A stretch of DNA of 64,000 bases from an uncultured virus (IMG/VR IMGVR_UViG_3300044637_001924) (IMGVR_UViG_3300044637_001924), one strand, 5' to 3'; positions 1 through 9,764 are shown, counted from the stretch's first letter. Notes: a model not told the origin generated them from the sequence alone. Numbers and translations are program-made.

Positions 1-962
1 TGTTTGGACTGCACTAGCAGTTATAAAATAGGCACATCCAATACCAGCAGCACTGGGCTATTTAACATGGCATTTGGCCTAGCTGCGCTTTGTTGCAACC
101 GTAATGGTTGTAGCAATACAGCTATCGGTGCGTCTGCTCTACGATGCAATACTAGCGGGTGTCACAACATTGCAGTTGGTTGTTTAGCACTCCAATTTAA
201 TACAAGTGGTAACAATAACATAGGCATGGGCTTTGATGCCCTTGGAATTAACCCTGGTGGCTGTGACAACATTGCATTGGGGGCATGTGCTCTAAGGAAC
301 AATACCACCAATTCAAACATAGCAATTGGCGGCGCTGCCCTACAGCAGAATACTACTGGGACTGGTAACATAGCACTGGGTATTGGTGCGCTGACTGCCA
401 ACACCACTGGAACATGTAACATAGCAATTGGCCAAAACGCTGGAAGTCTGATCACAACTGGGTTCAACAACACGGTAATTGGCAATGTAACACCAGCAGC
501 AGGCAGTGTATCTTGTGTGCTGATTGCTGCTGGCAGTTGTCTGCGACTGGCTATAGATGGGAATGGATTTGCTATAAACGGCAACCCTGTGGGCTGTTGT
601 GGATATGCGTGTTTGGACTGCACTAGCAGTTATAAAATAGGCACATCCAATACCAGCAGCACTGGGCTATTTAACATGGCATTTGGCCTAGCTGCGCTTT
701 GTTGCAACCAAAATGGTAGTAATAATACAGCTATCGGTGCTTGTGCTCTACGATGCAATACAACTGGTAGCAATAACATTGCAGTTGGTTGTTGGGCACT
801 CCAATTTAATACAAGTGGTATCAATAATATAGGCCTGGGCTTTGATGCCCTTGGCACTAACTTTTGTGGCAGTGACAACATTGCATTGGGGGCATGTGCT
901 CTAAGGAACAATACCACCAATTCAAACATAGCAATTGGCGGCGCTGCCCTACAGCAGAATAC
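1..962 (+). repeat. Intragenic duplication with a 609-bp (203-aa) period: 1-353 vs 610-962
   Basis: tgtttggactgcactagcagttataaaataggc... starts at 1 and at 610; identical for about 100 nt and near-identical thereafter. Confidence 0.95.
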
Positions 963-1488
963 CAATGGCACAAACAACACTGCAATAGGACGATCAGCAG
1001 GTACGAGCAACACAAATGGCAGTAACAACGTGTTTTTGGGATGCGGTGCAAGTGGAGCAACAGCAACCAGCAACAACACAATAACTTTTGGTGATTCCAG
1101 CATTACTACACTGCGAGCTCAGGTAACTACTATTACTGCTTTGTCTGATGCTAGAGACAAAACTGACATCGAAGATATTCCTTTGGGATTGCAGCTGATA
1201 CGTGATCTACGTCCAGTAAAATTCACATGGAATACTAGAGATGGCAGCCGAGTAGGGGTCAAGAGCGCTGGATTTATTGCTCAAGAAGTACTGGAAGTCA
1301 GCAATCGATATAATCTACAAGACTGGCTGCATTTGGTGCTTGAGGACAACCCAGAGAAGCTTGAAGCCACAGTAGCTAACGTGTTCCCTGTGTTGATTCG
1401 AGCTGTGCAAGAGTTGGCTGAAAGCAACGATCAGCTCAATCAGCGTGTGACAGCTCTTGAACTTGCACTCACTGCCAAAGGTGTGTAG
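1..1488 (+). CDS. Tail fibre/adhesin with repeated (N/A)xAxG beta-roll motifs and C-terminal intramolecular chaperone (peptidase S74-like); 5'-truncated by window edge
   Basis: Repeated NIAIG/NTAIG..AL motifs; C-terminal SDARDK..I...L..IRDLRPVKFTW...GFIAQEV...LIRAVQEL plus coiled coil typical of S74 chaperones; frame open from base 1. Confidence 0.85.
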   Translation, partial: CLDCTSSYKIGTSNTSSTGLFNMAFGLAALCCNRNGCSNTAIGASALRCNTSGCHNIAVGCLALQFNTSGNNNIGMGFDALGINPGGCDNIALGACALRNNTTNSNIAIGGAALQQNTTGTGNIALGIGALTANTTGTCNIAIGQNAGSLITTGFNNTVIGNVTPAAGSVSCVLIAAGSCLRLAIDGNGFAINGNPVGCCGYACLDCTSSYKIGTSNTSSTGLFNMAFGLAALCCNQNGSNNTAIGACALRCNTTGSNNIAVGCWALQFNTSGINNIGLGFDALGTNFCGSDNIALGACALRNNTTNSNIAIGGAALQQNTNGTNNTAIGRSAGTSNTNGSNNVFLGCGASGATATSNNTITFGDSSITTLRAQVTTITALSDARDKTDIEDIPLGLQLIRDLRPVKFTWNTRDGSRVGVKSAGFIAQEVLEVSNRYNLQDWLHLVLEDNPEKLEATVANVFPVLIRAVQELAESNDQLNQRVTALELALTAKGV

Positions 1489-1499
1489 ACTTTAGGCTT

Positions 1500-2408
1500 A
1501 TGATCCCACGCGGTGGCACTGAACTCATGATGGCCAATCTCTCTCAACAACTGGGAGGTTGGCCAACATCGTTGAATCTCATAGTAAGCAATTGCAGCTT
1601 ACATCAAATAGATCCCAACAAAAAGAACGTTGTTTGGCAGCATCTCGACACCGACCAAGAGGCCAGTCAAGGTGCGGCTAATCCACAGTTTCAACAGGCT
1701 GTTGCTTGCTGGATATTTGTAAGTGAATGGCAACGTATAAAATGGATAAACTATTTTGGCATAGATCCAAACAAAACAGTTGTGATCCGCAATGCCATAC
1801 ACTCTTTCAATTGGCAACTCAAACCCGCCTCTCAGCAAATTGAAATGATCTACACCAGCACTCCTTGGAGAGGACTTGATGTGTTGCTGGATGCTGTAGA
1901 CCAACTGCAATATCAAAACTGGCGTCTCACAGTTTACAGCAGCACCATTATCTATGGCAAAGGTTTCAGTGACAGCACCATGAGAGGCTATCAGTCTTTG
2001 TTTGATCGCTGTCGCCAGCACACTCAAATCCAGTATGTTGGTTACGGGCTCAATCAAGCTGTGAGAAAGAGATTGCAAGGCAGTCACTTATGGGTATATC
2101 CCAGCACTTTCCCAGAAACCAGCTGCATCTCAGCAATAGAGGCTGCTAGTGCTGGGTGCCAGGTGGTCACCACTCGACTTGGTGCTCTTGAAGAAACCCT
2201 TGGCGAAAGTGCTTGTTTTGTAGACTATACTACCAACAAACGGGTATTGTCAGCAGCCTTTGCTAAATCTCTTGATAACCAATTGAGCAAATATGATTCA
2301 AATAACCCTCAATGGCAAAATCAAGCATTATTATTTGACAAACTCTACAGTTGGAACACTAGAATACACGAATGGCAAATTTTAATCAATCAACTCGTCG
2401 CAGAGTAA
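1500..2408 (+). CDS. Glycosyltransferase, GT-B/GT4-like
   Basis: GGTE N-terminus, YTSTPWRGL, YPSTFPETSCISAIEA (E-x7-E) motif. Confidence 0.85.
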   Translation: MIPRGGTELMMANLSQQLGGWPTSLNLIVSNCSLHQIDPNKKNVVWQHLDTDQEASQGAANPQFQQAVACWIFVSEWQRIKWINYFGIDPNKTVVIRNAIHSFNWQLKPASQQIEMIYTSTPWRGLDVLLDAVDQLQYQNWRLTVYSSTIIYGKGFSDSTMRGYQSLFDRCRQHTQIQYVGYGLNQAVRKRLQGSHLWVYPSTFPETSCISAIEAASAGCQVVTTRLGALEETLGESACFVDYTTNKRVLSAAFAKSLDNQLSKYDSNNPQWQNQALLFDKLYSWNTRIHEWQILINQLVAE

Positions 2409-3070
2409 TGATAGGCACCCCTAGCTATGATGGCAAGGTAGAGGTCAGCTACACTAGCAGTTTATTTTATACTACTAAAGCTGCTGAAAAAAGAAACATT
2501 GAACTTTTACCCTTATGGGTCAGCTTCGATGCATTGATTCAAAGAGCTAGAAATGACACCTTGCAATTAGCATATGAGATCGGTGTTGATGATCTCGTAT
2601 GGATTGATCAAGATATTGAATGGACCCCGCAACAGTTTTTTAAACTACTGGATCATCCTGTAGATGTTGTGGGTGGCACATATCCCAAAAAAGGGGATCG
2701 TCCAGAATATGTTGTAAGACAAATGACTAAACGCCCTATTGACCCGCAAACTGGTTTGATGGAAGTTGATGGCTTGGGCACAGGATTTGCACGCATGAGT
2801 CGACAAGCTATAAACCATTTGTGGAACACCAGTCAAGCCTATATTGATCCCAAAGACATGAAGCAACGCCGAATGATCTGTGATGTGATAGTTACCAACA
2901 CCGGTCTTATGAGTGAGGACATACGTATGTTTGAAAAACTTCAGGAAGGCGGATTTCCCATATATCTTGACACCACAATCACTTGCAAGCACGGCGGCTA
3001 TAAGCAATATCAGGGTGACTTCCTACAATGGTACACAGGGCTGGGACAGACAAAAGGCCGGCAATTGTGA
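2372..3070 (+). CDS. Glycosyltransferase, GT-A fold
   Basis: IGTPSY, LIQRARN, WIDQD (DxD), GTGF, SEDI..F motifs common in phage GT-A proteins. Confidence 0.75.
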   Translation: MANFNQSTRRRVMIGTPSYDGKVEVSYTSSLFYTTKAAEKRNIELLPLWVSFDALIQRARNDTLQLAYEIGVDDLVWIDQDIEWTPQQFFKLLDHPVDVVGGTYPKKGDRPEYVVRQMTKRPIDPQTGLMEVDGLGTGFARMSRQAINHLWNTSQAYIDPKDMKQRRMICDVIVTNTGLMSEDIRMFEKLQEGGFPIYLDTTITCKHGGYKQYQGDFLQWYTGLGQTKGRQL

Positions 3071-3192
3071 CTACCTACAAGTGTTGGTCAAGTTCTCAAC
3101 AGCTTTTTAGTCTATTATAGGCAGATGAATCTTAAATTTTGGCAAAAATAGTCAATTTGCCTTATAATATCTTGAAGCTTCGAGGAACTAGA

Positions 3193-4125
3193 ATGACAAA
3201 AAAGATATTTTGGATAGACGGTGGTGCTGGTAGAGTAATCACCGCTATTCCTGCATTAATCAAATACGGTCGATTGCATCCCAACAGCGAATGGGCTGTG
3301 TTGGTTGGGGCATGGGATTTCTTATACTGGGGTATTCCCGAGCTGCAAGATCGCACCTACAATCTTGATACAAAAGGTGTTTTTGACAACGTAGTCAAGA
3401 ATGCTGATCAAATAGTAACCCCGGAGCCTTATCGTATCCCAGCATATTTTAGGCAAGAGATAAGTTTGGCTGAAGCTTTTGACAGGGAAATCAACCAAAC
3501 TACAGATCACAGTGATTTATTGCCACCACGCTTGGCATTCAATCAACAAGAAACTCTAGTAGCCAAGAATACCATAGCTGATCTCAAAAGTGTGAGCAAA
3601 AAGAACAAAACTATTGTATTTCAACCCTTTGGCCGTGGTGCCAAACTGGATCGTGCCACAGTGATTGACGAAGAAAGCAGAAGCTTAAGCTCAAACGACT
3701 ATTTGAGCCTGAGCCGGCGTCTTAATCAAAAATACAACATGATCTTTTTTGGCGAGCCTGACTTTCAATTGAAAGACGACAACTGGAGTGCCAAATACAC
3801 TGCTGATTTAAGAGTTTGGTCAGCTCTAGTTGCCAACTCTGACTATTTTGTAGGATGTGACAGTGTAGGCCAGCATATTGCTAGAGCCTCTGGAGTACCA
3901 GGCACAGTAATTATTGGGAGTACGTTTCCCAAGAACACCAGCTATCCAGATTACTTTCAAATAATTGAAAAGCCTGCTGCTAGGAAATATAGTCCTATTC
4001 GTATTGCTGGTCTGGACGTAAATCTCAGCAATAGGCTGAATGAAGGCACAATGAAATTCTCAACCAAAGAACTAGACGACATCTATCAAAAGATTGTTGC
4101 AGATATTGAAAGGAAAACACGCTGA
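3193..4125 (+). CDS. GT9-like (heptosyltransferase-fold) glycosyltransferase
   Basis: GGAGRVITAIPAL start; DYFVGCDSVGQHIARA C-terminal GT9-type motif; ATG at 3193 after GAGG; paralogue at 57650-58579. Confidence 0.7.
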   Translation: MTKKIFWIDGGAGRVITAIPALIKYGRLHPNSEWAVLVGAWDFLYWGIPELQDRTYNLDTKGVFDNVVKNADQIVTPEPYRIPAYFRQEISLAEAFDREINQTTDHSDLLPPRLAFNQQETLVAKNTIADLKSVSKKNKTIVFQPFGRGAKLDRATVIDEESRSLSSNDYLSLSRRLNQKYNMIFFGEPDFQLKDDNWSAKYTADLRVWSALVANSDYFVGCDSVGQHIARASGVPGTVIIGSTFPKNTSYPDYFQIIEKPAARKYSPIRIAGLDVNLSNRLNEGTMKFSTKELDDIYQKIVADIERKTR

Positions 4126-5822
4126 TGAAAATAATGGCCATCAATCCCGGTCACAACAGCAGTGTGGCGCTTGTTGAAGACGGTAAGTTGCTGTTTTATA
4201 GCGAGGAAGAACGATGGAGTCGCCTAAAGTATGACGGTAATCCATTTAGAGCCATGCTATGGGTACTAACTAATCATTTGGTAGACCACTTGATCATTGG
4301 TGGGACCACCACTAATTGGGTTACTCTTCCTTGGACTAACGAGAATGCCTATGCTGCATTAGCTCGCAAATTCAGTCCTAATGTGCAAGTTACCCTAATG
4401 GGCCATCTACATCACTTGGGTCATGCAGCTAATGCCTTCTATGGCAGTGGTTTTGAAACAGCATGCGCCTTGGTCGTAGATGGGGCCGGAAGCTATGTGC
4501 AAGAAAGCATGGGAGAAGGACTACCACTTACTGGGGGTTTTGAAACTGAAAGCATCTATCATTGCAGCTATCCACATGAGTTCAACGCAGTTTACAAAAG
4601 ATACAGTGACGGTGCGGAAACCAGCCTCTACTACGACAACGGTATCCAAGAATTTGATAATAATGTTACTATTGTTAAGGCATACGAGAGTGTAAGTGAT
4701 TATTTAGGATTTGGGGCTATTGAAGCTGGGAAGACCATGGGACTAGCTCCTTATGGCCAAGAAGACAGCAACATTCCTGCCTTTTTCATCAACAATAAAG
4801 GCAACAAGAACTTGTTGATTCCTCGATATCCCACCGGCGCACACATTGACGAGAATAGATTTCCTTACTTGCGTAGATACACACAACCAAGTGACTGGCA
4901 TAATAACTTTGAATTAGTGCGAGATCAAGACAAGAATCTAGCCTACCATGTGCAGAAAGAAACTGAAGAGCAGATGGTGAAGTTGATTGAGCGTGCTATT
5001 GACATTACTGGAGAAAATCGCATTGTAATCAGTGGTGGTTATGCACTCAACTGTGTTGCCAACTACAAATATCTAGAACGTTTCCCTAATATTGAGTTTT
5101 ACATTGATCCCATTGCACATGATGGTGGAACAGCCATTGGTTTAGCTCGGCATGCTTATTATGTTCTGAGCCAAGATACTACACCTCAACCACTCTCTCA
5201 TCTCTACTTGAGTGTGTTGCCAGACTATAATCAGATTGAAACCACTATTGCTTCTGTTGAAGGTATCAGCATGAGAGACACATCACCTGCTGAAGTGGCA
5301 CTACTGCTGGCAGAAGGCAATATTGTGGCTTTGTTTCAAGGCGCTAGTGAAGGTGGGCCTCGTGCACTAGGCAACAGAAGCATTCTTTTTGATCCTCGAG
5401 TAACCAACGGCAAGGATATTGTTAACCAAGTTAAAAATCGTGAATGGTTCCGCCCTTTTGCTGCGAGTGTGATGGCAGAACATGCAAATGACTGGTTTGA
5501 CATGCGCAATCTCAATGAAAGCCCTTACATGATGTATGCTGTAAATGTGAAGGAAAGCCAAAGAGAGTTGATTCCTGCAGTTACACATGTGGATGGCACC
5601 TGCAGAGTACAAACTGTCACCAGCGAGCAAAACTTGCATTTGTATCAGCTGCTAGATGCTTTTCGGCAACAAACCGAAACACCGTTGCTGTTTAACACTA
5701 GTTTCAATCTAGCTGGGCAGCCATTGGTGGAAACACTGGTAGACGCCTTGATAACAATCTTCAACTGTGATATCCACTACCTGTATCTTCCCGATCTGGG
5801 AATGTTAGTATGCAAACAGTAA
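4125..5822 (+). CDS. Carbamoyltransferase, NodU/CmcH/TobZ family
   Basis: GHNSS, EEERWSRLK, HHLGHA, VVDGAG, GKTMGLAPYG, GPRALGNRS, KNREWFRPFA, NTSFN. Confidence 0.95.
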   Translation: MKIMAINPGHNSSVALVEDGKLLFYSEEERWSRLKYDGNPFRAMLWVLTNHLVDHLIIGGTTTNWVTLPWTNENAYAALARKFSPNVQVTLMGHLHHLGHAANAFYGSGFETACALVVDGAGSYVQESMGEGLPLTGGFETESIYHCSYPHEFNAVYKRYSDGAETSLYYDNGIQEFDNNVTIVKAYESVSDYLGFGAIEAGKTMGLAPYGQEDSNIPAFFINNKGNKNLLIPRYPTGAHIDENRFPYLRRYTQPSDWHNNFELVRDQDKNLAYHVQKETEEQMVKLIERAIDITGENRIVISGGYALNCVANYKYLERFPNIEFYIDPIAHDGGTAIGLARHAYYVLSQDTTPQPLSHLYLSVLPDYNQIETTIASVEGISMRDTSPAEVALLLAEGNIVALFQGASEGGPRALGNRSILFDPRVTNGKDIVNQVKNREWFRPFAASVMAEHANDWFDMRNLNESPYMMYAVNVKESQRELIPAVTHVDGTCRVQTVTSEQNLHLYQLLDAFRQQTETPLLFNTSFNLAGQPLVETLVDALITIFNCDIHYLYLPDLGMLVCKQ

Positions 5823-6230
5823 ATTTAAAAGAGTTTCACTTGAGCAGTGCGTTACCTGGAGCAGGTAGCCCACTGCTCAACAGCATAATTAAACAAAATC
5901 CAAAGTTCTCTGCCACTATAAGTGATCCTTTGCATAGTTTTGTGCACATCCTTATAAGAGACATCAACAGCCCTGTTGGTGTGGTTGCACAAATAACTTG
6001 AGATCGACGCCGGCAAATACTCACAATGAGTTTGATATTGGATAGCATACAGTCCAAAAAAAGTGGTCGCTACTACCAATTCTCCAAGAGACTTGACGAC
6101 TGTGTTGTAGGATCTGTAATTACCTTATGATTTTTTGGTAATGAAACAGCTTAGAATTACAAAATATCCTCTAGATTCACGCATATAGCAGATCTTTTAA
6201 CAAAAGTATGCAACACTGGAAGTTTCATAC
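5810..6230 (+). pseudogene. Degenerate sulfotransferase, decayed paralogue of 60391-61170
   Basis: FHLSSALPGAGSPLLNSIIKQNP...ISDPL aligns with YHMISGLPRSGSTLLSSILRQNP...ITDPL; TGA at 5999-6001; later fragments DRRR, LILDS and frameshifted ADLLTK/YATLEV match SRRK, WVLDS and PDILSQYSNMEV. Confidence 0.8.
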
Positions 6231-6252
6231 ACCTACAAGAAAGCAATTATAA

Positions 6253-7128
6253 ATGGCAGGCACCTTATATGGGATGATAACTGTTGCAAGCAGCAACCAA
6301 TATACACATGTAGCCCTTACAAGTTTTTTCAAACACACAAAATTATCTGCAGAAGATAGGTTTGTGTTGATTGACAACGACGGAGAATGGACTAAAAACT
6401 GGCATTTGGACTGTTTTGATCCCAACCTAGTATATGTGAATTCAAACCCTCAGAATTTTAGCACAAATATCAATCAATTGCTGAGATGGGCTGATGAACA
6501 ATATGCAGATTTAGTTTTCCTCAGCAATGATGTTGTTTTTACCCCCAAGTGGGCTACCCGTCTAGTGATAAATGACAGGACAGTGAGCATTCCCAGTTGT
6601 AATCAAACTCATTTTTATGGCTTTGACCCTACCTTAAATCTACAGCAATTTGGTGGTAGATTTCTACATTTGAATGTAGCTGCTCACACACATGCTGCAC
6701 GGTCACCAGCACCTTTTGAGCGCCTTCTCATGCCCACCTATGTATGTAGAATTCCACGTCTAATTTACCAAGAAGTTGGAGGCTTTGATGAAGCGTTCAA
6801 CATGGGAGGTGAAGATGTGGACTATAGATTGCGCCTACTTCAAAAAGGCTTTGAAATCAAATATTGCAGCAGTTATTTGCTACACTTCAACGGTTGCAGT
6901 AGTTGGAACGGGGCGGAAACCTTAGCTGAAACTCAACTGCGTAACCGGTTGTATATGCAAACTTTTATTGAGAAATGGGGAGAAGATTTACACGACTTGT
7001 GTATGAGTTCAGGACAACCAACATCTATTATTGAAAAATATCAATTACACGGGTTACTTAACGAATGCCGTTTCAACGACATAATAAAATCCTTGCTAAC
7101 TGCACTAGAGTTCAATAAAGTTATATAA
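6253..7128 (+). CDS. GT2-family glycosyltransferase
   Basis: LIDND, FLSNDV, VGGFDEAF..GGEDVDY..R motifs. Confidence 0.85.
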   Translation: MAGTLYGMITVASSNQYTHVALTSFFKHTKLSAEDRFVLIDNDGEWTKNWHLDCFDPNLVYVNSNPQNFSTNINQLLRWADEQYADLVFLSNDVVFTPKWATRLVINDRTVSIPSCNQTHFYGFDPTLNLQQFGGRFLHLNVAAHTHAARSPAPFERLLMPTYVCRIPRLIYQEVGGFDEAFNMGGEDVDYRLRLLQKGFEIKYCSSYLLHFNGCSSWNGAETLAETQLRNRLYMQTFIEKWGEDLHDLCMSSGQPTSIIEKYQLHGLLNECRFNDIIKSLLTALEFNKVI

Positions 7129-7131
7129 ATA
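7124..7131 (+). promoter_or_regulatory. T4-type late promoter TATAAATA
   Basis: Exact consensus upstream of AAGGAG RBS and ATG 7156. Confidence 0.75.
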
Positions 7132-7155
7132 TGTTATATCCAAGGAGAAAAAAAC

Positions 7156-7464
7156 ATGAGTGAGACAGTGGGATCAATTATTGATCCACAAACAATAACT
7201 ACTGAAATTGTTTTAAGTGAAAGAGTAGTAACAAATGAGTTTGTTATTGCTGAAATTTATGAAAGCATTGTGAACCGTTCTGTGCGGGCTGAGATTGAGC
7301 TTGGGCCATTTGTTACTGACACAAGACCAGATGGCAGCACGCAAACAAGAGGAAGCAGTCGTCGAGGGATTACAGTGTGGGACAATGATGCGTATGATGC
7401 TATAAGGGACACTTGGCGCAACGAAGATCTCATTACACGTATCAAGACCATTTTGAACGGATAA
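7156..7464 (+). CDS. Hypothetical protein, probably late-expressed
   Basis: Strong RBS, late promoter upstream, terminator downstream. Confidence 0.75.
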   Translation: MSETVGSIIDPQTITTEIVLSERVVTNEFVIAEIYESIVNRSVRAEIELGPFVTDTRPDGSTQTRGSSRRGITVWDNDAYDAIRDTWRNEDLITRIKTILNG

Positions 7465-7483
7465 TTTAAGTTATGCAAAAACA

Positions 7484-7516
7484 TGAAAACGGAGGGCATA
7501 TTGTCCTCCGTTTTCA
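7484..7516. terminator. Intrinsic terminator hairpin
   Basis: tgaaaacggagg / cctccgttttca 12-bp inverted repeat between convergent genes. Confidence 0.8.
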
Positions 7517-7656
7517 CCTATGGTGCTATAGACGTGCACGCGGGGAAGACTGATTCACAAACAACCTTACACGTAGAAAGTTGATTTGGCTTGAGGTATC
7601 ATAAATCCTTTTGAGGATCGCAACCTTGCTAGTGCATATGAAAGGAACGCAGTAGC

Positions 7657-7704
7657 TAAAAAGAACAAAGGTGCAGTGCTCCACAACGCTGCACCCTTGT
7701 TCTT
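7657..7704 (-). terminator. Intrinsic terminator after the MoxR-like gene
   Basis: aagaacaaaggtgcagtg / cgctgcacccttgttctt imperfect stem with minus-strand U tract. Confidence 0.7.
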
Positions 7705-7724
7705 GGTAACTCTAGTAGCTGAGT

Positions 7725-8939
7725 TTAGTTTGCGTTCATGCTCGGAATAAGTGACGAATATTGTTTCACAAAAACTTTCCATGAACTCAGTTGATTTGGC
7801 TTGATGGGGTGGTCACGTGTAGTTGCCATAAACGACCGAGCACCCATTACAACCATCTCCGGTTCAAAGTTGTCCATCATGAACTGGAAGAAGCGATCGG
7901 CGCTCTTATACATGTCATCGTGCGAATTCTTCACACCATTCTGCTTATTACTCTCAGCTTTCTTGACATCATCTGTGAGCTCATACACCAGTGCAGTGGT
8001 CAGTGCATAGCAAATGTCCATCTGCTTCACGTTCAGCTTGGTGACTGTGCCATCAAGGATGTCGCGTGCACGGGGTAGGTTAGCTGCTTGTCGACGATAG
8101 CTGAGGAACTTCAGGGCAGGACCCTCACCTACAGTGCCCTTGATGAGATCGCCAAGCACATCTGCTGGCAGATCCGTCTCGCGGTAGCTGCCATCCAGTT
8201 GGGGCTCATACAGCAGTTCGCTGACAAAGCTCCAGCTACGTGGGGTAGCAAACGCATAGCTTTCGCGACGGGGATCAAAGTCAAAGAGATCATTGGGCTG
8301 ATAGCTGAGGTAACCCACCACATGCTCGTGGATGCGATTCATCATAGCCCATTCCTGCCAGTCATCAAAGTCCACAGCCAGCGTTGCATGGATGAAGCGA
8401 TTTGCCAGCGGAGTTGGCATGTTGTAGGCCACACCCTTGTCACGCACTCGGTTACCAGCAGCAACCATCACTGCATCATCAGGCAGCTGGTAACTGCCAA
8501 TGCGCCGGTTCAGGATCAGCTGATATGTGGCAGCCTGCACAGAGGGTGGTGCTGCGCTCATCTCATCAAAAAACACCATTGCGCGGCTGTTGGGATCAGT
8601 GGGCAGATCGGTAGGGTTGCTCCACTTGAAAATCTTCTCTGTCAGTGGAACGTTGTGCTCATTCTTTACCACGTTGCCTTCTGCATCGCGGATAGTCACT
8701 TCTGCGAGGTGCGGAATGCCTCGAATGTCAGTGGCCTCAAGTAGGGGAAGTCGAATGTCAATCAGTGGGCGCTTCTGAGCACGAGCAACCTCTGCAACAA
8801 TGTCACTCTTGCCAATGCCAGGAGGGCCGGCGATGAAGAGAGGTCGCTTCCTACGCGTCACGTGATCGATCATCACCTTCAGCTTGCTGGGACTGACAGT
8901 AGTGATTGTCTGGATTTTCTCTTGAGCTGCCTTAGCCAT
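7725..8939 (-). CDS. MoxR-like AAA+ ATPase
   Basis: Walker A GPPGIGKS, Walker B VFFDE, AAGNR, PLANRF, TPRSW. Confidence 0.9.
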   Translation of the reverse strand: MAKAAQEKIQTITTVSPSKLKVMIDHVTRRKRPLFIAGPPGIGKSDIVAEVARAQKRPLIDIRLPLLEATDIRGIPHLAEVTIRDAEGNVVKNEHNVPLTEKIFKWSNPTDLPTDPNSRAMVFFDEMSAAPPSVQAATYQLILNRRIGSYQLPDDAVMVAAGNRVRDKGVAYNMPTPLANRFIHATLAVDFDDWQEWAMMNRIHEHVVGYLSYQPNDLFDFDPRRESYAFATPRSWSFVSELLYEPQLDGSYRETDLPADVLGDLIKGTVGEGPALKFLSYRRQAANLPRARDILDGTVTKLNVKQMDICYALTTALVYELTDDVKKAESNKQNGVKNSHDDMYKSADRFFQFMMDNFEPEMVVMGARSFMATTRDHPIKPNQLSSWKVFVKQYSSLIPSMNAN

Positions 8940-8976
8940 GTCTGCGTGTGTCCTTGCTGTTGTGTATTACCAGCTG

Positions 8977-9004
8977 AATATATGGCAGGTATTTTTTACG
9001 TCAA
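8977..9004 (-). promoter_or_regulatory. Sigma70-like promoter TTGACG-N16-TATATT
   Basis: Intergenic, upstream of the AAA ATPase. Confidence 0.55.
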
Positions 9005-9012
9005 CACAAAAA

Positions 9013-9408
9013 TCATCCGAACATTTCAGCCCACGTCAGTATATTGCCACCCGCCATCTCCAGTTCCATAGCACGCTCAGAATGAAAAACTACAAACCGT
9101 TTTTGATCATAGTGATAAGGGCTTTTCACACTCCTATACAGATGGATGTGAACCTTTGGAATATTAAATGTGTTGAAAGGCTGTTTGCTGATATCAAATT
9201 CCCAAAATTGGTACATCCTACAAAGGATCAGAAGCCCTGTTGATGTTAACCGAAAACTAGGGCGTGTGCTGCTCCAATTTACAAACAGAATTTTACAAAA
9301 ACCTTCAAAACCACCTTCCACAAGGTTTTCTGGAAAAGCTTGCTCAGTTGCATCTGGGTTGATCTGCTCGCAAAAATCTTCCCAGATTGCCCGCTGTAAT
9401 TGGGTCAC
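9013..9408 (-). CDS. Hypothetical protein
   Basis: Packed ORF in the minus-strand operon. Confidence 0.65.
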   Translation of the reverse strand: MTQLQRAIWEDFCEQINPDATEQAFPENLVEGGFEGFCKILFVNWSSTRPSFRLTSTGLLILCRMYQFWEFDISKQPFNTFNIPKVHIHLYRSVKSPYHYDQKRFVVFHSERAMELEMAGGNILTWAEMFG

Positions 9409-9711
9409 TTACACCTTGGGAGGTCTAGATATCTTAACACCTTGGGAAAACTCAAACACTTCAAATTTAGTTGTTTTGAACATTTTGTTAAGTTTATCAG
9501 CAAGATTGAAGGCATGCCCAGGACTTTCTGGAAAAGTGACCCTACGATATTTTGGATTTGAATCGTCATGCAGTGTATTGACACTCTTGAGGTTGATGGG
9601 GGTTCCATCATAAAATACAGCATAAATTGCCTTGGCCGCAATAATCTGTTCGCTCTGAAATGTCTTGGGATCAGTGTAGCTCAACAACACTTTGGGCTTG
9701 GGACGACTCAT
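9409..9711 (-). CDS. Conserved phage hypothetical protein (MSRPKPKVLL...)
   Basis: ATG at 9711; ATAAATA motif at 9739-9745 upstream. Confidence 0.7.
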   Translation of the reverse strand: MSRPKPKVLLSYTDPKTFQSEQIIAAKAIYAVFYDGTPINLKSVNTLHDDSNPKYRRVTFPESPGHAFNLADKLNKMFKTTKFEVFEFSQGVKISRPPKV

Positions 9712-9764
9712 GACTATTGCCTTGTTTCTGGTGTGCAATATTTATGAGTCGTGAGTTTTCTCAG

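Noticed and set aside
1..962. Diversity-generating retroelement TR/VR pair in the fibre gene
   Set aside because: Both copies are in-frame coding, differences are not confined to adenines, and no reverse transcriptase is in the window.
5999..6001. Stop-codon reassignment or TGA readthrough
   Set aside because: Deletions and frameshifts follow the stop, and conserved genes elsewhere end normally at TAA, TAG and TGA.
7465..7724. tRNA or mini-CRISPR array in the convergent intergenic region
   Set aside because: No cloverleaf or T-loop motif and no regularly spaced repeats; terminators and a decayed gene-end copy explain it.
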